From Eledone cirrhosa (lineage: Eukaryota), in NCBI GenBank assembly GCA_964016885.1, contig OZ024749.1:25296001-25360000 (forward strand): a stretch of 64,000 bases of DNA, read 5' to 3'. Each line of letters opens with the position of its first letter. The stretch's first letter is position 1. Under the pieces are notes generated by a model, which made no database searches, was not told where the DNA came from, and saw only the letters and a program-made list of their open reading frames with translations. Below are positions 52,812 to 64,000 of this stretch, piece by piece. The translations under genes were made by a program, and so were the position numbers.

Positions 52812-54185
52812 ATAACCAGCACAATAACAACAGTATTAGGTAACTCTACAAACTCCTTAGAGGTTAGTATTAAAGAGCTATTAACCAGCACAATAACAAC
52901 AGTAAGTGTTAACACTACATAATCCTTAGAGGTTAAAATTAAAGAGCTATTCGCCAGCACAATAATAACAGTATTAGATAACTCTACAAAATCTCTAGAG
53001 GTTAGTATTAAAAATAACTATTAACCAGCATAATAACCACAGTAAGTGTTAACACTACAAACTCTTTAGAGCTTAGTATTAAAGAGCTATTAACCAGCAT
53101 AATAAGAGCAGTAACTGTTAACTCTACAAACTCCCTATAGGTTAGTATTAAAGAGCTATTAACCAGCACAATAACAACAGTGTTAACACTACAAACTCCC
53201 CAGAGGTTAGTATTAAAAATTGCTATTAACCAGCACAATACCAACAGTATTAGGTAACACTACAAACTCTCTACAGTTTAGTATTAAAACACGCTATTAA
53301 CCAGCACAATATAAACAACATTAACAAAAACAAGTGGTAACACTACAAACCCTGTAGAGGTTAGTATTAAAAAGTGAGCTATTAACCACCATAATATTAC
53401 CATCATTAACAAAAGCAGGAATCAACACTAGAAGCACTAAAGAGGGTAGAATTAAAGAGCTGCATTAACAAACGTAATATTAACAGCAGTAGCAACAGCA
53501 ACAGAGGTTAGTGTTATTGTATAAAAGAGCTGTATGAAACATTAATAAAAGCCTGCTAAAGAATTTCCTCACTCCCTCTACCTCTTTCTCTCTTTCTCTA
53601 TCTCTTTCTCTCTATGTCTCTTGTTCTCTCTGCGACGCAGATAACATTGTGTTATGTAATACAGAGATAAAAACAGAATTGGCTCACACACTGTCTATTG
53701 CTTCTTATTGAAGCATTGGAGAAGGAAGATGGAGAAGATGGGGTGTAGTTAAAGGGAGAGTGTAATAGAAGGGGGTGTAGTAGAAGGGGAGGTGGTGTGG
53801 CAGAGGTGGAGGTGGTGGGGTAGTAGGAGTGGTGGGGTAGTAGCAAAGGTTGAGGATGATGATGAAGAAGAAGAAGAAGAAGAAGAAGAAGAAGAAGAAG
53901 AAGAAGAAGAAGAAGAAGAAGAAATAATCTATACCTTTTAATCAGCAGATAGCGAGCTTCTCATTGGTTTCGTAAATGGTAAATAAATATATATATGCGT
54001 GTTTGTGTTTGTGTGTGTACATGTGTGTGTGTATACGTGTGTATACGTATGTCTATTTAAATGTTAATATTTTTTGAAATGTGAGATTTTGAATTTGTTG
54101 TCAAGTAGAAACATAAATACAGACATACACAACCACTACCACATAGATCAAACATACACACACACATATATATATATATATATAC

Positions 54186-54277
<92 letters not shown>

Positions 54278-54278
54278 T

Positions 54279-54311
<33 letters not shown>

Positions 54312-54743
54312 ATTTATATATATGTATACATATATTTATAAATGTATGCGTAATTTGGCTTCCGTTTGTGGGTGCTCGTGACTACGTTTTTATTTGAAAT
54401 GAAATATTTTGTATTGCGGTTTTTAAAGAAAGATGATGTTATAAAACCATAGTTTTGTAAGACATTAATTATTTCTCTCTCCACAATGAATGGTCTGTAG
54501 TACTGATATTTCGGCTACAAGTACACTGTTCATTAAACGGTTTAACTTAAATGGCAAGCTATTTCTAAGATTTCATTTTGCCTTATCATTTTCCATATTG
54601 GAAAATATATTATTTTTGGTTCACCAAACATTCACGTGAATATAAATTTCTAAACAGATTTTATTTTCAACCATGACGTTGGTAGAAGATGACCTCATCA
54701 CCCACTGAAAAGTATATATTAAATGCTGTATCTTAACTATAAT

Positions 54744-54929
54744 TGTTTCTATTTTTTGGCACAAGGCCAGCAAATACCCAGTACATTACTGGTACTTTAT
54801 TTTATCGACCCCATAAGGATGAAAGGCAAAGTTAACCACGGCGAGATTTGAACTCAGACCGTAAAGGGACGTAATTACGATGGAAAGCATGGCGTCCGAC
54901 TCTCTACCGATACTGCCAATCCACCGCCC
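54744..54929 (-). mobile_element. tRNA-derived SINE with perfect 15-bp TSD
   Basis: TSD TATCTTAACTATAAT at 54729-54743 and 54930-54944. Confidence 0.93.
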
Positions 54930-55967
54930 TATCTTAACTATAATAAAGAAAGGAGTACGCGACTCCGTCCAGAATATATATTTTATCCCGTTTGTAAAAT
55001 AAATTGGATTACTTTGAATAAATAATGAATCAATATTAAATAATGTATGTACTAAATTTCGTAACTCTTGATTAAATATAAATAATGTTATTGCTTATTT
55101 AAAGATTCACTTCTTTAAAATGTTCATGTGTCAACACTTCCGGTTATATTATTACACTTATACAAACATCGCATATATTTCCTTCACTAATTTTCTACTA
55201 ATGCAGTTTATATATAATATCGTCTTTTTTAATGTAACATGGATTACTTTACTGATTACAAAAGAGAGTGTAACACAGAATTTCTTCAATTTTTATCAAT
55301 ATGGTCAATTACGATTTTATTTGACGTAACATATCTACATACATATATATTTGCGTATAATATCAATATGCACACTACAGATGCTAGCAGAAAACCACCA
55401 GAAGGGTGTTTTTTGTGCTAGTTTATATGATTTCCAACAGCATAAATAAAAGCAAAGTGAACTCCGAAGTCTATCTGATATTCAGATATTTTACAATACT
55501 ACGCCTAGGCACTTGCCACGAAATATCAGCTATATCAATTACGTTATGTGGACTGATGATTCTAAATGCGTTGAGACAAAACATTACTGTATGGCTGGGT
55601 TAAAATTACCGCTATGGTCTGCGAGAATTATTCAGTTATGGATTGTCAAAGAGCAGTAAGTTGAACGTTGGAGCATCTATTATTACAACATTCCGCATTA
55701 AAGACTGAGTTGAATCGACACAACGACAAAAAAATCCAACGCTTCTATTATATTAAAGCTGACATTTCTGTGACCGGGAACGTTTATCATGTTGTGGAAA
55801 TGGATTGATTAGATTTTGTGTGTGATACAAAGAGAAAACTGGTGTTGAATATCGTAACAATTTTGTTAGTAACGTCATATGTTGGAAATATAGTGTTTAT
55901 CTTAACATAAACGAGTAAAATATTTGTTTCAGCTAATTTCAGTGATGTGGTGAATTTATTTTTAAGA

Positions 55968-56332
55968 TATCTATCTATCTATCTAAGGCGGGTAAAATTC
56001 CCGAGATCCATGGACGAGTTCTCTCCAGCGGTCTCTGTCCCTCATTATCGCTGCCATATCCTGCATCTCCAACAGACCAGTGTCTGTCCTTAGGGCATCA
56101 ACATATGTTAACCTTGGTCTTCCTCTTCTAGTGTGTCCATGCAGGGGCTCCCAAAGGAGCACTGAGTGCAATGTCAACTCTGGATGTCGGTGAGCATGTC
56201 CAGCCAACCTCAGTCTTCTCTGTGTCACTTTTGAGCTGACTTTTGGGATGCTCCCATACAGCTCTGAGTTTTTCATCCTCAGTGTATACTGATTAATGTT
56301 CAGAGCCATATATGTTGTATACTGATTAATGT
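55968..56332 (-). mobile_element. RTE-group LINE 3' fragment
   Basis: RRLRLAGHAHRHPE...VLLWEP.HG...RGRPRLTYVDAL..DTG...DRDRWR. (TAGA)n tail, TTAAGATAT on both flanks. Confidence 0.8.
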
Positions 56333-56394
56333 TAAGATATATATGTTGTTAAATACTGTAAACTATATATATATATATATATATCCATATTTTA

Positions 56395-56905
56395 TTACAT
56401 ATATTTACCCAAACTGCGATTCTGTGTTTTTCTCTCTCTCTCTTACTGCTCCCCCATTCTCTCTGTTTCTCCTACTTTCTTTCGCCCCCTCTGTCATATC
56501 AGTTAACTCTTCATCACACTTTCACTCACTCACTGTTTTTCCTCTCTTCACTTCATCCTGTACACCACGAAAGCTATATTTTTCTCTCTTCTCACATAGC
56601 CCTCGTTCGTGTAAGATCTTTTTTCTAAAGCGCTCATATATTCACCTAGGTTATGCTAAACAGAATAATTATGAAGCTTGTTTCATTCCCCTACGGTTAG
56701 CTATACTCTTTGTTGTTCTCCTGTCTCACTCGCTTTACGCGTTTTAATTGTCCTAATAACTTATTTTAGTTATTATTGCACCGACGTAAGGTATATGATT
56801 TTTAATGCAATGAAATATCTATAATCGTCGGCAAATCACTGATGAGGGACTCATTTTATTACATGTTATCCATGCGCTACCTGCAGTATTTTCTCCATAT
56901 TTTAT
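56395..56905 (+). mobile_element. Diverged subfamily copy of the permuted-hammerhead repeat family
   Basis: Colinear with the reverse complement of 47565-48085, starting at the same ATATTTACC 5' end. Confidence 0.75.
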
Positions 56906-56908
56906 TAT

Positions 56909-56956
<48 letters not shown>

Positions 56957-56961
<5 letters not shown>

Positions 56962-57342
56962 TAAAAGGAATACCAACCTTGTCTGATTTACTCGTTTTAT
57001 TTACAATCATTTAACATTTATAATGGTATTAGAATGAAATAGTATGGTAGAATATTAAATGTTGAGTGTTAATTGAACAAGTACTTTCATATTTTCGCAA
57101 TCTTCAGGTTTATAATTTGTGGTGACAGTCAATTTTGCAATTTTCAACTGTTGAAAATTGCAAACTTGACTGTCACCACACATTATAAACCTGAAGATTG
57201 CGAAAACATGAAAGTACTTGTTCAATTAACACTTAACATTTAATATTCTACCATACTATTTCATTTAATACCGTTATTAATTTTAAAGTATTGTAAATAA
57301 AACGAGTAAATCAGACAAGGTTGTAATTCCTTTTATTAATAT
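56957..57342. mobile_element. Fold-back element with inverted minimal hammerhead-like motifs (57076-57110 minus, 57188-57222 plus)
   Basis: Arms ~190 bp, apex ~57149. AAC-CTGAAGA-ttgcgaaaacat-GAAA-GTAC-TT-GTT, with a weak stem II. Confidence 0.75.
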
Positions 57343-57389
57343 AATCTTCTATACACAATCATACACACCCCTCTATATTTCTCTCTCTC

Positions 57390-57457
<68 letters not shown>

Positions 57458-57492
57458 AAGTTTTATTTAAATTGTTGGGTTACAACGAGTAA

Positions 57493-59559
57493 CCAGACAC
57501 AGTTTTCAAATCTAAAAAAAATCCACCCCCCAACAAACTTTTATTTGACTTTGAAAACGATATAATTTCTATCATACAAGGAGTCAAATTCAAGAGAAAC
57601 TTCAAAGGCCAGGAATATCTGAAAGGCATTAAAGGATAATATTGAGAGCTTAGAGAAAACTGAGAAGATCTTGGTGAAATCTGACAAGACCAACAACCTC
57701 TATGGAGTGCAAAAAGACATGTATAATGGCCTCATACTGAAAGAACTGAGGAAAAAGTACAAGGTAGCAGATAAGGCCGAGCTTGAGAAAATGAATGTTG
57801 AGGCATCTTGTATAATGCATGAGTTGGAAATTGAGAACAGAACACAACCTTTCGTGCACAGGAAACCGAAGATCAATATGAAAGATCACAAAAGAAATTT
57901 TGAAAATGACCTGCCAGTCAGATTGATTGCACCATCAAAATCTGACCTGGGTAAACTAAGCAAAAACATTCTAGACAGGGTGATACAGCAAATTAAAAAC
58001 TTGAATTGTTTACCTAACTTGAGCTTGTGGAAGGGAACTGGAGAGGTTATTGAGTGGTTTAAAGAAATTAAATATAACAATAATAATAAATTTATTCAAC
58101 TAGATATTGCTAACTATTATTCATCTATTACCCCTAATCTACTAAATAAGGCACTAAATTACGCATTCAAACATACAGACCTAACTAGCAATGAAATGCA
58201 CATTATATTATCGGCTAGGAAAACATTGATAGAATTTAATGACCAACTATGGACCAGAGCAGATAGAGATAACAATTTCGACATTACTATGGGATCATCC
58301 GACTCAGCTCAGGTAACTGACCTTGTGGGCCTATTTATAATCAATTCGCTGCATAGGAAAATACCCGGTGCTACCGGAGGTTTATATAGAGATGACATGC
58401 TTTTACTTATTGAAAATAATAACTCTGAACTAAATAGAAAAAGAAAACAAATTACACAATTTTTTAATTACTTTAATCTAAAAATAGAAATTGAGAATAA
58501 CCATAGAATAGTCAATTTCCTAGATGTAACATTAAATCTCAACACATGTCTTCACTATCCATTTCACAAGTTGAATGAAAACTTAAACTATGTCAGTTTT
58601 AACTCTAACCACCCCAGATCTGTTAAAAATACTATAGTGAACTCTGTTCAAAAACGTATCTCTAGAATCTCATCTAATAAAAAGATTTTCGACGAAAAAG
58701 CCCAGTATTACAATGAAGCGTTAGCTAGAGCAGGATATAGGGATAAAATTATGTACATAGATAATAATAGACAAACTAACCAAAATAACAACAATTTTAA
58801 TTACGGCAACAACTTTAACAACTATAATAGAAAGCATTACAATAATTCCAAAAGCCAAAAAAGAAATAGAACTAAGAATATAATATGGTTTGACCCCCCC
58901 CCCCCTTCTCACTAAACATTAAAACCCACATCGCTAAACTATTTTTTAATGCTCTTGATAATCGCTTCCCTAGAACACATAGGTATCACTCAATTTTCAA
59001 TAGACATACTATAAAATTAACTTACTCATCCACCAAAAATTTAGTACAAAATATTAATAGAATAAATAATAGGAATTTAAAACCTAGCCAAAATACCGAT
59101 AATAGCATAAATAATATCCAAGTAAACAAATGTAACTGTAGAGATAGATCTAAATGTCCGTTAAATAACAATTGCTTAGTTAAAAATATAATATACAACA
59201 GTAATGTTAAAACGGACTTAAATTCTTTTAACTATGTTGGTTCCACCTCGACAGAATTTAAACTTCGCTATAATAACCACAAGAATTCTTTCACAGATCC
59301 AAGCAAAAAATCTTCAACATCACTATCAGGCTTACTCTGGCAACTTAAGCATGATAACGTTGGATATTCGATGGCTTGGAATATAGTCTCAAGAAGGATT
59401 CCTTTTAATTCATCCTCTGAGACATGTGACCTCTGCGCCGAGGAGATATTCTTTGTACTAAAATCTAAAAATTCCCTTAATTTACGGACAAATTTATTCA
59501 GTTGCTGCAGACATAGATTGAACTCAACTTTTAAATATAAATTTAAATTTAAAATGTAG
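57493..59559 (+). pseudogene. PLE RT-GIY-YIG polyprotein, frameshifted at ~57630 and at the C run ~58900
   Basis: KSDKTNN, PVRLIAP, QLDIANYYSSI, FDITMGSSDSAQVTDLVG, GLYRDD, VNFLDVTL, SNHP, IIWFDPPFS, CNCRDRSKCPLNNNCL, NIIY...YVGSTSTEFKLRYNNH, CDLCAEE...LNLRTNLFSCCRH. Confidence 0.93.
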
Positions 59560-60668
59560 TTTATTTAGTTTGATTTGTAATTATTTATGAAACTCGCCGA
59601 TAAATCTTTCGATTTCTTTTTTTTTTTTAACATTCTTCATGAATAATTAAACTACCCTAAAAGCTGATGCTCCAAATATATCGAATACATTTTACATTAG
59701 ATAAACTTCTATAATAAATATAAGACCATCTGTAGATCAAATGGGTATCCTAAACTTTTGGAATGATTTCTGCTAGACAGGATTTGGTAAATAATTTTGG
59801 TTTTGTTTGCTTTTGATTCTGATGCTTATAATGAACTTGGCAATATATTGTCAATTAATTTTGAAGGGTTGATCTCTGTGGTTGATTTGCGGGGCATACT
59901 GTGTTTTATTTTTAATATTTTTTAATTTTTTGATATTTTTATTGATATATTGATATCTGTTGTCTATTTATGCTTGAACGATAATCATGTAGAGTAAAGA
60001 CAAGAATATTATTGTTAAAATTAATGTAGATTCTATATATATTTGTGTGTATGTACACTAGTATGTATACTAGAATTTTTATAGCACAATGAGAATGTTT
60101 TCATGTGAAATAGGAATTTGCAGAGTTGATCACGTAAATTCACATGGAAGTCTATAGTATCGAATCTGGGATAACCTTCTATTTTCTTTTTCTTTTTCTT
60201 TTTTCATGAAAGTGCATATATACTTATGTATTTCAATTTTTTTTGAAGTTTTTTTTATCTCAGTTTTTTATCTCATTTTTTTATCTCATTTTTTTTATCT
60301 CAGTTCTGATATAAACCTAGGAATTTTAAACTAGACATATGATCATTATTTTTCACACATTTTTGATACGTGTCTCATTCATGAATACTGATATTTACAT
60401 TATAATACCTAGTTCATACGAATTGATATTTTTACATTGATGAAACATAATGTTTTAAATCTGCCTCGTTTATCTCTGGATATTTTTCTTTTCTCTCTAT
60501 ATAACGGCTGTTTTCTCTCCTAACCACATATATCTCTCTCTACCTTAATACTAGAACTAAATAAATAAATAAATAAATAAATATATCATTGATACGTCAT
60601 TCAACTGGTGCCCAACTACCTATTTTCTTTCTCTCTATCTCTATCTATATCTATCTCTCTCTATTTTT

Positions 60669-60700
<32 letters not shown>

Positions 60701-60982
60701 CTATCTATCTCCCTCTGTGTGTTTTCTCTCTCTATCTATCTCTCTCTGTTTCTTTACATGAATTCCTTCTCTCTATCTATCTCTCTATATCTATCTCTCT
60801 CTGTTTAGTTGCATGCATTTCTTCTTTATCTTCGCTCTTTTTCTTCGCTTTTTTTCTTTTTTTTTTCTTTCTTTCTTTTTATAACTGTCCCTAACATTTT
60901 TCACTACCAAATCAACTTTTTAAATGGAAGTTGAAGTTGTAAGGTATGTCAAATCTATCTATTTATAAGACTGTTTATATTG

Positions 60983-61048
60983 TATTTTGTCTGAAGAAGG
61001 CATACCATATTTTTAATATGATATCCCTGAAATATATATAATGAAATA
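60983..61048 (+). ncRNA. Type I hammerhead in the PLE terminal repeat
   Basis: TATTTTGT-CTGAAGA-AGGcATAcCATATT tt AATATGaTATcCCT-GAAA-TATATA-TA-ATGAAATA. Confidence 0.85.
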
Positions 61049-61088
61049 AATATGGTTTTATAAATATAGTTTCCATTTATTTAATATC

Positions 61089-61156
<68 letters not shown>

Positions 61157-61786
61157 AAATATATATATATACATGTATATATATTTGTGTGTGTGTCTAT
61201 GTATATTTATATATATCTGTATATATATAAAGGTGTATATATATATATGTGTGTGTGTATGTATATTTATATATATTTGTATATATATAGACATATATAT
61301 ATATATTCAATATAAAGTAAATTGAGCAAATGTGTGGAGGTGCTATGGTGTAGAATATACACAAGGGAAGACTGTAAGCAAAGGCATGGGTTAGGATGAT
61401 TGCCCTATAAGGCGTTAATGGCATATTTCTTTCATTTCCTTCCAGCTAGCAGCAATAACAACAATGTTTAAAATAACAGCAACAATGACAATAGCAGTCA
61501 GACTTTCATATATTATTAAGCCAAATGAAAAGAAAAGATCGATCAAACCTTGGAATTATTGACTGTGCCCATTTCAAAGAGGTATTCGTTCTTAATAAAA
61601 TGTGTTTGTTTCTTAACAATATATAACAATGCTAGAGACGGCTTTATCTAAAGTATATAAGATTTCCGCAATAAAAGAACATATATTTCATATAGACCAA
61701 ATATTACTTCATTACATTAAACAATTACGTTCGTAAATCAAAAAAAGAATATTTAAACAAGAGAACACGCTCACATACACATGGTA

Positions 61787-61854
<68 letters not shown>

Positions 61855-61997
61855 GTGTGTGTGCGTGTGTGTGTGTGTGTGTGTCTGTCTGTGTGTAAAT
61901 CAGTGTGTGCATATTTGATTAGATATTTATGCATACAAATACGTACGCACACACACATTCACACAAATACATACATTTATATATATATATATATATA

Positions 61998-62185
61998 ACA
62001 AAGGAATTGTGGTAAGGAACCAGATGGACCATAACGCACCAGAGTACTCAATACTTAGGGTAGTAGAGTAGGAAATAGGAAAAAGTATGACCCCGACGGC
62101 AGAGCTCAAGCCGTTTCGACGGCTATTTAGTCCAGAAATAGCCGTCGGAACGGCGTGAGCTCTGCCGTCGGGGTCATACTTTTTG

Positions 62186-62186
<1 letters not shown>
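61998..62186. mobile_element. Short fold-back copy of the 4659-5240 family
   Basis: Nearly the same sequence and apex as 41366-41554. Confidence 0.85.
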
Positions 62187-62228
<42 letters not shown>

Positions 62229-62356
62229 TGATAATAATTAAAATAGCATCTTTTGCGATGAAAGAAAATGTCTCCAAACATTATTAAAATCCAGAGAATA
62301 GATATATTAAATTAAGACCCTAAATAGAAACATAGCTTTACATATCGATATATATG

Positions 62357-63293
<937 letters not shown>

Positions 63294-63336
63294 ACATATA
63301 TACATACATATATATATATATATATATACATATATT

Positions 63337-63529
<193 letters not shown>

Positions 63530-64000
63530 ATATTTGGGAGGGTCATATTTGCGTAATATTGCCAGAATTAATAACAGAACACACTCACTGTTTGGTTGGT
63601 TTTCGCTTCTCGCTGTCTTTTATATATATATATCTGCGATCTAACTTACTCGGTCCTCAATGTTGCCATTGACTGACCGGCGGTCAAAAATAATACAGAT
63701 ACAATATAGACACAAACACATATATATAGTTTACATAATTTACATAAATCTTTCGTTGCACATCTGCAACATCGTCAGTGGTGTTATATTCATTGTTCCT
63801 CCTGTTGTGTTGTATGTCTACGCCATTTTTTTTTTGTTCAGTCTGTCTATATATTTATTTATTTATTTGCTTGTTTGTTTATCTTATTTTATTTTGTCTT
63901 CTTTGCGCATGCGTTTGCGTGTGTGTATAGTGTGATGTGTGACTAGTGTGTACAGTGTTGTGTCTGCTGGGTGACTAGTGTGTGTTTATGTGCTTGTGTA

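Larger units (their letters stand above)
51680..53530. repeat. Diverged minisatellite (units roughly 55-75 bp)
   Basis: Recurrent TATTAACCAGCA(C/T)AATAAC...ACACTACAAACTC...AGAGGTTAGTATTAAA. Confidence 0.85.
57455..61090 (+). mobile_element. Penelope-like retroelement (Neptune-like), 5'-truncated, inserted in (TA)n
   Basis: Short inverted copy of its own 3' tail (57455-57492), RT + GIY-YIG ORF, ~1.4-kb 3' region, terminal repeat with hammerhead. Confidence 0.92.

Overview
This is AT-rich eukaryotic DNA dense in microsatellites. The 5S and SINE sequences and the repeat style suggest a mollusc, probably an octopod cephalopod (inference). I found no intact host gene, and nearly all short ORFs in the track are microsatellite artefacts. 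The window is dominated by retroelements: (i) a 5'-truncated Penelope-like element (PLE; RT plus C-terminal GIY-YIG, Neptune-like Cys-rich linker) at 57455-61090 and three other PLE 3' fragments; (ii) many short PLE-type insertions inside (TA)n tracts, often as fold-back palindromes, carrying type I hammerhead ribozyme (HHR) motifs from about nine sequence-unrelated families, including U3-A8 core variants and long stem II variants; (iii) a near full-length decayed R4/Dong-like LINE plus CR1-like and RTE-like fragments; (iv) a dozen or more tRNA-derived SINE copies, one fused to a full 5S rRNA sequence; (v) mariner-type MITEs, minisatellites and a roughly 6-kb Thr-codon VNTR. The most novel candidate is a repeat family (4 copies, 2 subfamilies) whose hammerhead core strands occur in a non-circularly permuted order (UH strand, then GAAA strand, then CUGANGA strand), which would need a pseudoknotted or multimeric fold. 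All RNA structures were paired by eye and are untested.
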